Below are positions 49,400 through 63,179 of a DNA stretch of 64,000 nt, piece by piece. The DNA comes from Antechinus flavipes (lineage: Eukaryota): the NCBI RefSeq assembly GCF_016432865.1, contig NC_067398.1, positions 633,640,001 through 633,704,000 of the forward strand. Reading direction: 5' to 3'. A program made the position numbers and the translations under genes. Every line of letters begins with the position of its first letter. Positions within the stretch are counted from its first letter, which is position 1. The notes beneath the pieces were generated by a model. It was not told the DNA's origin, made no database searches, and saw only the letters and a list, made by a program, of their open reading frames with translations.

Positions 49400-49630
49400 T
49401 CTTATTGCTGTTATTTAGTTCTTTCAGTTCTGTTTTGGTTTTTTTTTTTTGTTTTTTGGCAAACGTTGCTCTAGTGATTTGTCATTTCCTTCTCTAGCTT
49501 GACAGCCGAGGAAATTGAGAAAATGGGGATAAGTGGCTTGCCCAGTAGGTATCTGAATCTGGATTTGAACTCAGGAAAATGAATCTTTTTGACTCCAGGT
49601 GCAGTCCTTAATCCTTTGTGCCATCTACCT
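49400..49630 (-). mobile_element. MAR1-type CORE-SINE
   Basis: ggatttgaactcaggaaaatgaatctttttgactccagg...gtgccatctacctccc (reverse tRNA head) with an RTE tail. Confidence 0.7.
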
Positions 49631-49919
49631 CCCCAACATGAGTGCTGTTTTCATCATCAAAACTGAAAAAATAATTACAATGCAACTCATTAAATAATTT
49701 AAGGAGAAAATTCTGAGAAGAAAGTGGAATGGGTCAGAAAATTTCCCTCAAAACAAGACATTAAAACAAATTTAGGGTGGTAAAAACTAACAAGAGTTGG
49801 AAAAGAATAGTCATCCTCTTGGGACAATCAGAGAAGATTTTGAAGATCTCAAAATGGAAGTTTGGCCCACAAAGTGTAAATACCCATTGGCAATTTCTGC
49901 TGAAACAGAAAAAAAAAAA

Positions 49920-52760
49920 AGTCTGGGGCTAGCAGAGTTAGGAGGTAGCCTTGGTCCTATCCACAGGAATTTTCAAGCCTATACAGTGTGAGGAGTCAGT
50001 CTGAACAGGAGACATTTGAGGGAACCACCTCTGATAAGGAATGGTAGGCCCAGCTCTACTTGTCCTGGCCAAGAAACACCCTGTGCAGAAACAGTGAGGG
50101 GCGGGGGGTGCTGCTAGTTATGTGCATTTATAGGATGACAGATTCTTGGTTTCAGTTCCAGGTCAGAATAACCCAAGGAAAACAACAATTATGAAAAGGA
50201 AATCAACCAACTAGAAAAGGAGATCCAAAATCTTTATTTAAAAGCTTTTTATTTTCCAAATACATGCAAAGATAGTTTTCAACATTTACCCTTGCCAAAC
50301 CTTTTGTCCATATTTTTTCCTCCTTTCCTTTCCCCAATGCCTCCCCTAGACAGCAAGTAACTTAATATATATTAAATATATGCAATTCTTTTATCTATAT
50401 TTCCACAATTAAGCTGCCCAAGAAAAATCAGATCAAAAAGGAAAAAATAATGAGAAAGAAAACAAAATTCAAGAAAGCAATAAAAAAGTGAAAATATGTT
50501 ATGATCCACACTCAGTTCTCACAGTCCTCTCTCTAGGAGCAGATGGCTCTCTCCATTGAAATTAGCCTGAATCACTTCACTGTTGAAAAGCGCCACATCC
50601 ATCAAAACTGATCATCCTATAATCTTCTTGTTGCCATATACAATGATCTCCTGGTTCTGCTCATTTCATCAGTTCATGTAAGTCTCTCCAAGCCTCTCTG
50701 AAATCATCCTGCTGGTCATTTCTTACAGAACAATAATATTCCATAACATTCACATACCATAATTTACTCAGCCATTCTCCAACTGATGGGCATCCACTCA
50801 GCTTCCAGTTCCTTGCCATTACAAAAAGGGCTGTCACAAACATTTTGTTTCCTTTTTTTGTGGAGATCCAGAATCTTAATAAAGAAAATAACTCCTTGAA
50901 AAATGAGGTTGGTTGCAAGAGGAAAGCAGAAAAATAAGAAAAAGAATAAAATAAAACAAAATATGAAGAATAAAAGAGTATAAGAGAATGTGCAACATCA
51001 TATAAGAAAAAAAAATAGATCTGGAGAACAGATCAAGAAAAGAAAACATAAGAATAATCAGATTACCTGAAAGTTACAACCTATAGCTTGTCCTAAAGTG
51101 TTAGAATAAGAGTGGAAAGTAAAAATAGAAGAAATTCAGAGATCAATACCAGAAAGAGATCCTACAAGAAAGATCTCCAGACAACATTCCCAAACTTCTA
51201 AGTTAAAGAGAAAATATTATGAGCAGCAAGAAAAGAACAAATCTAATATGGCAGAGTCAAAGTTAGAATTACACAAGATCTAGCAGTAGCTACCTTAGAA
51301 GAACATGGGTCTTGGGACACTAAATATCAAAAAAGCAAAAGAACTGAGGTTACAGCTGAAAATATAATATCCAGCATTATTAAGCAGAATCCTGAATGAA
51401 AAGTGTTTTTTTTTAAAGGCTATTCAATAAATTGTTAGTTTCAGGATTTTGTGCAAAAAGACTTGAACTTGATAGAAAATTTGACACATAAGAGACAATA
51501 GAAATATAAAGTAAACATCGAAGACTGATTTCAAGAGACTCAAGGACAAACTGCTTATGCTTTATACATGGAAGTGTAAACAATATGTCTAAGTCATTAG
51601 TAATTGGGCAATTGGAAAAAGGTTGGAATAGAGCTGAGTATGGTGTGATTCTAAAAAAAGCACAATTGTGTAGGCAAAAGTAAAAAGAGTAATCATGTTA
51701 CAGGAATGAGGTGTAAGAAGAATTAGATCGAGGAGGAAGGCTGGTAGTTCTGGAATCCTACTCAAATATAGAATGGGTTTAAAAAGAGAACAATATATAC
51801 ATACTTAGATGGGTATAAAAATCTTCTAAATTTGTAAAGAAATAAGAAATGGAAGGAATAGTATAAAGGGGGGCAATAGAAGGGTGTGCAGATTAACAAA
51901 AAATGGAATAAAGGAGGGAAACTGTGGGAGGAGAGTATAAGGGAAGGATTCCAGGAAAAGTCAGCAGGGATAGGAAATAAGATATCATACAAACATAATA
52001 ATAATTATCAGAAGCATAATTTATTAGAAAAAATATAGGGTTAGCAACTCTTGGTCTCAGACAAAGTTAAAGCTAAAATAGAATTAATCAAAGGATGAAA
52101 AATAGTGAAGCTACCCTTTATGTCAATCATACTTATCAATATTGCTTAGGTTATTTAAAATAACTAGGTTAGCATAAAGTTGGAATATTGCTCTGGTGTT
52201 GAAAATAATGAATTGGCAGATTTAGAAAAATATGAAGAGATTTGGATTTATGAAGGATGATCTCATCAATTTTCAGAGAAATAGGGGACAAACAAGTGTA
52301 GTATGTATGGACTTACATAGATGTATATGAATGTATAAGTATACATTATACATATATATAGATATAGATTGTGTATAATTTATATAAATTATATATTATA
52401 GATATCTGTGTATATCTATATCTGTATATGTATATATAAGTATATCCATTCTTGATTGTAGCCTTCTTGGAAGAGGTAGAAGAAGGGGGCAGAAAGGAGA
52501 AAAAAAGAATAAAGTAAAAATTGCACATCAAAGAACAAAAGAAAACTTCTAGGGAAGGAAAGAAAAGATAGATAGCTCTGAACACAATAGTTAATATTTA
52601 TTATATAAGGTTTCTTGAAGTGGAAATCTATTGTTTCATATTTTGAATCCCCTCTTATGTTCTGCTATACACATGGAAATGTTTTGTTTTGTTTTGTTTT
52701 TAATTTTTTCTGTTTTTTTTTTCTATATTGAATTTGTTTTAAATATATATTTTTTAAAAG
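49920..52760 (+). mobile_element. HAL1-like (ORF1-only) L1-related element, interrupted at 50235-50861
   Basis: GC-richer 5' UTR, ORF1-like coiled coil (gaaaaggaaatcaaccaactagaaaaggagatccaaaatctt...) and ORF1 C-terminal remnants to about 51500. A long AT-rich 3' region follows with no recognisable ORF2, then a (TA)n tail. Confidence 0.6.
50235..50861 (-). mobile_element. 5'-truncated L1 3' end inserted antisense into the HAL1-like element
   Basis: 16-bp TSD ggagatccaaaatctt (50219-50234) / ggagatccagaatctt (50862-50877). ORF 50661-50918 carries L1 ORF2 C-terminal motifs (ALFVMARNWKLSGCPSVGEWLSKLW). Confidence 0.9.
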
Positions 52761-52782
52761 CCTAAGAAGACTTGTAAAGATT

Positions 52783-52785
<3 letters not shown>

Positions 52786-52837
<52 letters not shown>
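52786..52837. repeat. (TA)n microsatellite
   Basis: Direct read. Confidence 0.95.
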
Positions 52838-52842
<5 letters not shown>

Positions 52843-55800
52843 GGGAACTCACTGGCAAGATATGAATCTTTGAGAAATTTGAAGTATAACTTTTCATTTA
52901 TTTTTACATCCTTAACTTTCAGCATTTTGTTCTGTAACCGAAAAAAAAGTGCTGATAATTTCACAGAATCATAGAATCTGAGCTTCCACAACCTCAGCCA
53001 CATTTACACATCTTCTTAATTGATCTACTGACCTTGTATGACTAGTTGTTAAAGTCAAGCTTATGCTAACACATTTTTAATGATTCTGCATGCACTGTAG
53101 CATTTTCCTCTCAATTTTGGCCTCTATGTGCATTATTTATTCATTCAACATTCATATGCTGAACTTTGCTTTCTATATGGTTCCATATAAATCTGTTTGA
53201 TCCCCTGAGTCTTCTACTTCTATCAATGATTTTCTTGTATGTTAGCAGGACTTCAAACTTTAATATAATTTTGACTCCTTTTTTTTACTTGTTCCATTCA
53301 TTTATTAGTCATGAATTTAATATCTTCAATACCTCTTATAACCCCTTCATGGAATCAAAGTAATTTCAAATTTAGAAAGGAAGTCAAAGGATGTCTAATA
53401 CAATTCCAACTTGAGCAAAATATTCCCTACTCCATAGCCTGTGAATGGTCACAAAGGAATGGCCCTAAATATTTATATAACATAAATATGATTTTGGCCC
53501 CATCTTCTTAGACCATTGTCTGTTTCATTTTAATCCTACCCCTCTTGCCAAGGGTTCTCTGGTACTTTATAGGAATTGAGAAAGTCTCTGTTCTGCCACT
53601 GGCCCAACTCTCCTGGCCCCTGCATTACATTATGTTCCCTCTTTAGGGCCCTGCTCCATTTAACCATTCAATATTAGATTGGTTTCAGAAAGGAATATTT
53701 ATTTCAAAAATACAATAAGAAAAACATGTTTTCTCTCACTGTAGGGCCATGATTTTGTTTTTACCACCTTGGTCATTGAATTGGACTAAGGAATTACAAT
53801 ATTAGTTTTTCCCAGTTTTTATATAGGATTAGTCTCCACCAAGTTCAAGTCAAAAACCACAATGATCCTTTATCCCTTTCTTCTCAGGGTACTGCAGTTC
53901 AATTTAGTGCAATTATCTGGATGGATTCATGGACTGCTCTTGGCTTGGATGCTCAAGTTTCTGCATTTATTACTGAAACAAGGCAAAAAACACAACAAAA
54001 TAAACAATAAATCCCATAACAAGACCAAGGGTCTGAGTCTGTTTTGGGAGTCCATCTGGCCTAAGGAGAAAGGAGGTGGGAGCCTTCAGGTCCTCTCCCC
54101 TTACCACATAGTGTCATTTTCAATGAATGACATTACTCTTAGGTATGAATGCAAGAAAGAAGTAAACTATGTTCAGTCATAGTTTTAAATACACAGATAG
54201 ATCCAGTTATAATGTCAATAGAAAAGGCTACTGCCAATCACATGCTAGGGCAACATAGAATGTCTTAACCAATGCTCCTATTTCCAAGAGGCAACTTCTC
54301 AGTTTCTCCCATGTGAGTGACTCCATTTTAGATGGTCTGGGGATATTCCAAATCTTTTATAATTATCAACCACTACTATCAGTGATTTTTCCCTCTCATC
54401 ATTAGTTACTAATGAATGTTAAGCAAAGTCTTGTCTTTGTATTATTTATAATTTGTTATTAATTCTTCTCCCTTCAGCTGATCAGAATAAGTGAAATCAA
54501 TATTCCATATGGAAATTCTTCATATTCTTACAGACCACTTTCATGTCTATTTTAATTCTTCTCTTCTCAAAGAAAAATGTCTGCAGTCCCTTCAATTTAT
54601 CCTCATGTGGAATATAACCTAATTACCAACCTAGTCAAAAAAAATGAAGACACTTAACTAAGGTTATACCCAATAACTGTCAAAACTGGATCTGAAATTT
54701 AGGTCTTTGAACTCTGAAGATCATCAGGCCTTCATATTAAAATCATCAACTTCATGTATTAGACACCTAATAAATATTTGTTCAACAAACAAATTCAATT
54801 GCATCTGCATTTATTAGCACTGCTTAGGTCCCTGACAATTTTCTAGATATGACAGGTGGAAAAATAATCAAAGCCTGTGTTCAGAAAGTGCTCCATAGAA
54901 TTTTATTCCCCCAAATTTTCTAGAGGTAGGTACTGGTCTGATCAGGGAAGACTTAGTGGGACTATCATTTTCATAGTCCTGAACACCACGACTCTTGGAA
55001 TGCAGCTTAAAACGCCATTACCATTCTTAACATTCATATCATATTACATACTTATAATTAGCTTACAATCCATTAAAACAGCTAGTTCTTTTTCATAGGA
55101 AGGATTGTAAAGCCATTTCTCCCATTCTTACATTAGTGAAATTTATTTTTTTCTGAAATCAAGTGCAAGACTTCATATTTATTATAACTAAATTTGATTA
55201 TATTGGATTTTGCCCAATGTGTTTAAATGCTTGTCAGTTAGTTTGGAAATCTTTTTCTTTTTTTCTTTTATCCTTGTCATTCCATGATCCTGTTTTCCAT
55301 TTTCACTTCAATCACCTGTTTAGAATCATATTATAACTCCTCTGGACTTTTGAAATCATCTCCTAACTAGTTTCCTTATTTTTAACTTTTTACTTGGTTG
55401 TATTGACATTCTACTTTTTTTTCCATCCAAAATACAGCTTTATCATTCACTTCCCTGCATAAAAGTTTTTAATAGCTTCTGCTCTCCACTGTATAAAGGA
55501 TAAAGTTGATATTCTTTTGGTGGTCGGAATTCAAAGACTCTCTAATCTGGTATTTTAATCATATATATTTTCTACCATTCCCCCTTGACTTACTCTTTCC
55601 TATCGCTAAACTGAACTGATTTATATACTTGAAGTAGGACTATGTTTTTACATTTATATCTTTGTTCATGGTATTCTTTATACTTTCAATTCCTTCTACT
55701 CCATCTCCATCTCTCAAAAATCTTAGTCATACTATGTAGCATAGTTCAAGTGTCACCTAACCTAGTAAGCTTTCCTTGATTTCTCCCTCCTCTAAGCCTA

Positions 55801-56499
55801 CATAGAAGTATAGTTCTAATTTGCCTATCCAAAAAAATCTATTATATAGTGCATTAGCATTTCTGAATTATATGTGTACTGAATTATATGATGTACTTTA
55901 AATTATAAACTTCTTGAAACTAAGGCTCTCTTCTTCATTGTCATTCATTATGTGCATAGCAGTTTCTTGAACAATCTTTAGTTGAATGAATGATTTATCT
56001 TGTTTGTCTGTATGGAGATATGACAGAAAATACAGTCTGTCCATAATGCTTGATAGTTTGATGAATAGCAATAATTATATGTATTTTAATATATTTTGAG
56101 ATTAGCAAAAGAATGTTATGATAACAACTTTGTAAATTTGGAAATATAAATATTATAACCTTTATTTTTAAAGAAGATGAAATTGAAGTTCAGAAATAAA
56201 ATTATTTTACCAAGATTACATAATTAATGTATGTGATAGCTGGGAATCATGCACAAGTCTTGATACTGAAATTACTAATCAAGGATAAAGTAAACAACTA
56301 ATAGTGAAGCAAATTTATATTTTCTCTGTTATAATGCTCCCAAGTAAAGTCAAGTAAATCAGCAGTTCAGATAGGGCAATATCAGGAATAAAGAATTCTT
56401 GGGGGAAGTAGCTTCAGTGATGCACAATCAAAATTGTTTTAAGGACATGACCACTTGGTGGACCCACAGCCATCTCATAGTTAACATTTTCAAACCAGA

Positions 56500-57430
56500 A
56501 CTTTTCCCTTAAAAGAACTCTTCTCTAAGCCTTGTTTCTGCTAAGTGTATTGCCATCCTTCCCATTGCCAATTTTTCCAATTTTTCATCCTCTATTGTTC
56601 TCTTCCTTTCATCCCACCATCAAATAAATCGCCATGTCTTATTAATTCTACCTCCACAATACCTCTGCTATCTCTACAAATATACTCAAAAATCTATTTT
56701 GACTCTCATAACTCTTGCACTATTGAAATAATTTCTTATTTGGACCCCAAGCTTTTATTGTCTTTTCTTTTAATTTGTTCTCCAACCGTCTGTCAAATTA
56801 TCTTCCTAATGAATAAATCTGATTAAATCATTCTCCTCAAAAATTTTCAGTAGTTCCCTTTTACATGAAGATAAACATTATATGTATATATATATGTATA
56901 TATATATATACATATATATATACACACACAATAGTTATAAGCTTTACATATAAAGATATATATATATATATATCAGCTTCTTAGAAATGCAGACAAAATC
57001 CTTCATAAATTGACTCCAATCTATATTTCCAAATTAATTTTACTTAATTCCTCTTTACAAAATTGTTTTCTAGTTAGAGTCTTATGAGTTTGGTATTTCA
57101 TTTCTTACTTCTGTCTCTGCCTAGCCTGTCCATTATACCTAGGGAACAGCCTTTTCTTTCTCCTGCTTAGGATTTAGAAGCCCTAGCTTCCTTCACATGT
57201 TAGTTCAATTATTACTTCTGAAAGAACTCTCTGAGTGGTTAATTATTTCTCCCTTTTCAAATTTTATTTGTACAAATTGTATTTATATTTACATTATTTG
57301 TATATATTTTGCATTTCCAAATATATTGTAAAATCTCCAGTGACAGGGACTTCCTCATTTTTGTCTTTGTATTCTCAGCATTGTGAATAGAGAATACACA
57401 CATATACTCATTGAGTTAAGTTAAATGTGT
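56500..57430 (+). mobile_element. L2 3' region interrupted by a (TA)n microsatellite (about 56880-56975)
   Basis: L2-like pyrimidine-rich 3' sequence ending ...gacagggacttcctcatttttgtctttgtattctcagc. Confidence 0.6.
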
Positions 57431-59759
57431 TTAGTTGAATTAAATACATTAGGATAGGAAATTACTGATAAACACTATCTTCTGGTCAGGAGCAACTCAA
57501 AGTCCACAAAACTATATTGAGAAGAGAGCCAAAAGCTCTAGGATTTTAATTCATTATGAAAAATAAAATTTTAGATGTAACCTTGATTTTTTCTCAAGTG
57601 TAATTATAACAGATGATATAATTCATGCCAGATATATACCAAAGGGAGGGAAAGACTTTAAAAATACATATAAATTCTTCCTTACCATGTCATCTAAACA
57701 ATGAAAAGTCTTTCATCTCTTTGCTAATGATTCTCTTTTAAAGTAAAAGGAATCTTATGGAAGTGGAAAAGAATGCCAGGTTTGGAGAAAGAGACTTTTG
57801 AATGTATTTGGATACTGGTTGCTATGATCTATTTGAACTTGGCTATCAAACTATAAAATGAAAAAACTGGACTCCATAATTTCTAAAGTCTCTTACAGCT
57901 CTTGCTCTATGATCTAATTAACCTTTCAATCACAGAACTTCAGATTTCGAAGAAAACTTGACTTTTCTAGCACATCCTTTATCTAATTAAGAATACTGTG
58001 TAAAATGTCTTTGGCTAGTGGTCATTAATTCTTTGCTTAAAGACTTTCTAAGAGGAGAATCCCATTAACTCACAATTTAGCTTATTTCACTTTAAAGAGT
58101 TGCAGCTAGAATGCTCCTTACCTCACAGTGGGCTAAAATCTGTGTTTAACTCTGCCCTAGGAGTTCACACAGAACCTACTCTCTTTACTCCCTTGTTTTG
58201 TTTCTGAAGATCATGATGCTCATAATAGCAGCAAATGTCAGGGCTGAAAGAACCTCTTATACTTTTCCAAACTCATCATTTGTCAGATGGGGAAACAGAG
58301 GACCAGAGAGAAGTGGGATGGTTAAGACTCATGGCTAATTGTTGACTTCCACAGAAGTTAATTGTCACACAAACATGAGTCAGATTTCATGTTTCTCAGT
58401 ACAAAACAACGCTCTTTCCAGTAGAGTGGATTTCTCATATCTGTGGTTTGGAACAAGGTATTTCTCAGCAATTGCAATTTACATTTAAAACAATTTCCTA
58501 ATAAACCTCTTACAAAAAAAAAAAATGGTAGAGAACTTCTCTGTAGAGCACTTAATTTCTGTTCTTTACCCAGGCTCACATTTTAGTTGATAAATAAACA
58601 GTAACTCAACTCTGTGCTTGATTAGTGAACGTCCATGGATTCTATATTGTATATTTTCAGCAAGTGGACCATATCTAATTCAAATGGCTTTTAATGGCTC
58701 CTGTTTTCTCTTAACAGCTGTTCTATGGAATGGAAATGATGGCACCAGATCCTCAGTGTTTATGAAGAAACTTGGAAGCAGGATACATTCTCTGGTATAA
58801 TTATCTCAATGTAGAACCTAAGATCTTGAATCCTATGAAATTCATTTAAACTAAAAAAAAAAAAATCCCTTTTTGTCCTTTGGCCACTGATGAGAATCTA
58901 ATTTTTATTGTTAATTGAGGACATTTTGCCAGAGTTTCTGTCCCCATTCACATACAAGGAATGTTATTATGTTATTTTAATCTATAAACTTCTTAAACAT
59001 GTTAATATGACTAGAGAAAGACTGCAGTATGAATTATAATTTCAGAGGCTGAGCAGAGATTAAGCTGAATGAAGCCAAAGTCTATCAAGATACGCAATTC
59101 AAAAAGTCAGACAAGAAGAAGGGATGGAATTTTTGAATTTCATGATTTTGAAAGTTCTGGTAGAGGTGAAAACAACAGAATAGGAGAGGGACAAAAGGTG
59201 TTATCAGAATGTAACTGTCATTGATATTCAAGTATGATAACATAACTGCTCAACTCATGAATGCTGTGCTTGTAGATATATGGCAGGTTAAAGGACTGTC
59301 TAATGCATGAAACTTTCCTGCTGGGTTCACTGTGCAGAGGAATTCAAATACAGATTTTCAGGGAAAGTCTCATAAGAATGCGAGATAAAGAACAGCTCTG
59401 TCCCCTGTCAACTCAGTTTATGAGTACTGTGTAAAGATCAGCTCAAAAAACCCTCCCCTCTCCCCCAAATGAAACCTCATTCAGTTTTAAAAAGCTGACT
59501 TTTGATATCTTTAGATGAGGGTGAAAACTTGATTCCCAATCAGGGTTTTTATTACAAAAGCCCTGATTATTTCTTTGCCCCAGATCGACTGGCTTACAAA
59601 CTGTAATGAGGCCCCTTATTTGGCAGGTTAGCAAAAAATAGCAAACAGGAGTTATAATAAGTATAGTGAACACATTATGGAGGAGGTGGGAACAACGAAT
59701 TCCAGAGGGATCAAAGTTTCATTTATAAGCATCCTATACTCCAAAGAGTATTTTATATA

Positions 59760-60010
59760 ACTGACATTTACATAATGCTTTCAGGTTTTCAAGGTGTTTT
59801 ATTTTAATATTAGCTTATTTGATCCTCATAATAATCCTGTCTCATAGGTGCTGTTATTTTCCTCATGTTATAGATTTTTACATTTATAGATTTATAGACT
59901 GAGAGAGATTAAGTGATGCAGCCAGAATTACACAAATAGTAGGTATTTGAATTAACACTTGAACTCAGATCCTCCCAGTTCCAAGGTCAGTACTCTAGGC
60001 ACTAGACATC
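59760..60010 (-). mobile_element. MIR SINE
   Basis: tttgatcctcataataatcctg...gactgagagagattaagtgatgcagccagaattacac...gaactcagatcctcccagttcc. Confidence 0.75.
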
Positions 60011-60664
60011 AGTTTACTAGTCACAAATGCTCAGTCTCCTAAGTGGTGTTCAAAGAATGACAGAATTTCAGAACTAGCCAATCCATGCCCACAAGAACAA
60101 AATAAATAAAAACCCTTTACTATTTCCAATAAGTGGTTGCTTGTCTTCAGCTTGAACTTTCAGAGAAGAACGATATTGAATCAGATAGGCCATCATTGAT
60201 TATTTATTTTGGAAGGCAATCCCAACAGATCCTGGTGATTCCTGAGCATTTGGCCATGCATCAGTTCATCCAATTTCTTGCAGACTTTTTCTAGTTTAGT
60301 TACATGAAGTAGGAGTTAGGGCTTCTCATGAAATATAAAGATTAAAGAAAGGGATGTAAGAGTAGGGAGAGGTGAAGAGAAAATAAGGCTAGCTTGCACG
60401 AGGGAAAGTACACAACAGTAACCTTAAGGAGGAGAAAATGTTCCTGAAGTATTGAGGGAGAATAGGAGGAAGAGGCTGAATGGGGAGAAAGGATGCAAAA
60501 AAGCAGAGAACTTGGGTAGGAGGCTTCTAAAATGAAGAGGAAAGCAAGCTGGGGATGGCAAGATGACTAGGGGTAGAAACCTTGGGCAGATATTCCTTAG
60601 GTTTTTCAGATTTCTGTTTAAATTCAATTTGCTTTAATTCAGGAAGTGTTTATTAAAGACCCAT

Positions 60665-61075
60665 TAATGAAGATCTGTTGTTATATGTCCTTTGTTGTCC
60701 AAAAAGACCTTGACATCTGGGAGGTAATACCTTGACATGCAAATGGATTGAATTTCAGTGAGGGAGCACTGGGCAAGGTTACCGGCCTCACTTTTCCTTC
60801 CAGAGCCACCTGGGTCCAATGGCCAGATATGGATCAGAAAGATGGAGATGTCCCTGGATGCTTGGGCTTTTTAGGCTAAGGTGTTCAACAGGTCTCAGGT
60901 TGACTAAGGCTGCACCCATTCCAGTGATTAAGACTAGGTAGTAATTGAAGTTAAAAAAAAAAAAAATCTCCTGTTTCACCTAGTCCAAAAAAAATCTAAA
61001 TAAATAAAGGAATGAAGGAAACTGGAAGGGGAAGACCTTCAGGGTTTCTGGTCAAGCAGAAAGGATTGCTATTTG
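60665..61075 (+). mobile_element. RTE-derived SINE (WALLSI/RTESINE-type)
   Basis: gtcctttgttgtccaaaaagaccttgacatctgggaggtaatacc...ccagagccacctgggtccaatggccagatatggatcag...gatggagatgtccctggatgc resembles marsupial RTE-SINE consensus. The exact family was not determined. Confidence 0.65.
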
Positions 61076-61942
61076 CATTCAATCAGAGTATATATCTGGT
61101 GGGTATAAAAAAGCTGGAAAGATCTGTGTTCAAGTTCTGCTTCTGCTGGCACATGCCATCTGTTTTATTCTGAGCAAGTCATTTGATTTCTAAGTGGATT
61201 CAAACAACAATTTAAGACAATATCACAGATCTGCACTGGAGGATTGTTATCCTCACCTGGAGCTCCCTATGTAAATGAAACCACAGATTCAAAATATAAA
61301 AATGAGTACAGAACATTGCTAATGAGTCTGCTCACTTAGAGTTTACAAGCTAGGGGAATAGTGGGATGGATACACATAACTGCATAGATCTGAAAAAAAT
61401 GCTGATTTCAACTTTCATTCAGTCTAATGAGCCAAGCCCCTTGAAACTGGCAATAATAACTTCTTAAGGCATTGAGAGAAGTTGGGGTAAATCTAGCCCA
61501 GAGTAATTTGCTAAGATGATCAGTTGAAAATCATTTTAGTCAACCAGTCTAAATTAACATGTACAAGGAAGAATTTAATACATTAGGTATTAGAATAATG
61601 TTGAGGTTGGGAAGGGAGATCCTAAAAGTTTGGGTTCACAACTTGGTGCTGTAAGGTGTCTCAAAGGAACTTGCAGGCTTGAATCCATATCCAAGCCAAG
61701 GGGCAAAGTTTATTGTAATTTTACAGCAATTGCAGTGGACTAAAAAAATAAATTAGCAAGGGATCTAAGAGCATGGGATAGAGTTATTATTCAGAACTTC
61801 ATGTTACTTATTTGCTAATTTTATGGCTTACAACTGGGATTGAGAGGTGGTTTATTCACCATTGTCTCAGGAACTTGGCTATTGATGACTAACAGATTAT
61901 CTATTGGACTATCAGTAATGTTAGTAGTATTATTCTAAGACT

Positions 61943-62402
61943 TTGAAATTATTGAGACAGGTTATTAGAACAAGAGCACTCTAAGGTTAGAAAGTCTCAG
62001 AATCACTAATATATCTTCCCTAAAATCTAAGGGAAGAAATGTTATTCTATTCCTAGGCCAGAGGACTTTTTTGTTTTTGTTTTTTGCTGAAGCAGTTGGG
62101 GTTAAATGACTTGCCCAGGGTCACACAGCTAGGAAGTATTAAATGTCTGAGGCTGGATTTGAACTCAGGTCCTCCTGACTTCAGGGTTGGTGCTCTATCC
62201 ATTGAGTCCTCTAGCTGTCCCAGCCAGAAGACTTTTACAATTATTGACAGACAGTTTTTGTTAGAGCAAAAAACACTCTTGGTTGATGAGCTTCAGGATT
62301 ACTAATCTTATATCTAAGGGAAAAAATATTATTACATTCCAAGGTCAAAGAATTTTTACAATCATTGACAGATTGTTAGAACAAGAACACTCTTAGGTAA
62401 GA
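61943..62402. repeat. About 2.4 copies of a ~120-bp tandem unit, interrupted by a SINE
   Basis: The unit (ttt)acaattattgacag...ttagaacaagaacactct...ctaagggaaaaaatattatt...ccaaggtcaaagaatt recurs at about 61943, 62233 and 62353. Confidence 0.8.
62071..62222 (-). mobile_element. WSINE1 SINE with 14-bp TSD
   Basis: Complete reverse WSINE1-like sequence flanked by gccagaggactttt (62057-62070) and gccagaagactttt (62223-62236). Confidence 0.9.
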
Positions 62403-63179
62403 TTACATCAGTAAGAACAACAGGTACAAAACCCTTTCCTAAGTGTTTCACATCTTTTCTCAAATGCACCCAGAGTCAGAGGAAAGTGGGTTCACTCTTA
62501 AGGAACAAAACTATGTTGCTAGAAGACCTTTTTTCCTCATATGGATGGCTCAAGAAGCTACTGCAGGCTTTGGAACTTGTTTACTGGACTCCTTGGGGAA
62601 TCATGCTTATTATTCATGAATATACTTAGCTCCCCACGAAGACCCTGTCATAAGTACAGAGATGCAGATAGAACAACAGTGGGAACAAGGAAATGAAAAA
62701 TCTTCTAATTTTATAAAGATTATAAGGTCCTCTTCTGGCCAAAGGGAAAGGTGACCTGGTCCAGAAGACAAAGTTCAAACCCTTCCTACCCACCTTTACC
62801 TCTCTTCATTCTCAAGAGGTTTCTCCTTGGTGTTTTTACTACAATTCCATACTTGTTCCAATCTCTTGATTAATTCTAAAATTCTCAACTAGCTTGATAT
62901 TTTATAGATAATCTGTAGGACAATTTTTTTTAACCTATTCAAACACATTTTTTTGTGCAAGTCTCTCCAATTTATTTAAAGATTTTTGACCCTTAGTCCA
63001 ACTTCCATAATTAATTGATTGATTAGCAATCAATATTTATTCTAGCCTCCTTGAAATGACTTCTTATCATTTAACTCAAATCCAATCTAATCCAATTCAA
63101 TAAACATTTTTAAGTGCCTACTTTTGTGCCCCATCCTTTGTTTCACCCTGGATATGTTAATAAAGAGAGTCCTTTTTTT

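Noticed and set aside
58119-58215. Minus-strand exon with a GAG|gtaagg donor as a coding exon
   Set aside because: Stops in all three frames and a mediocre acceptor.
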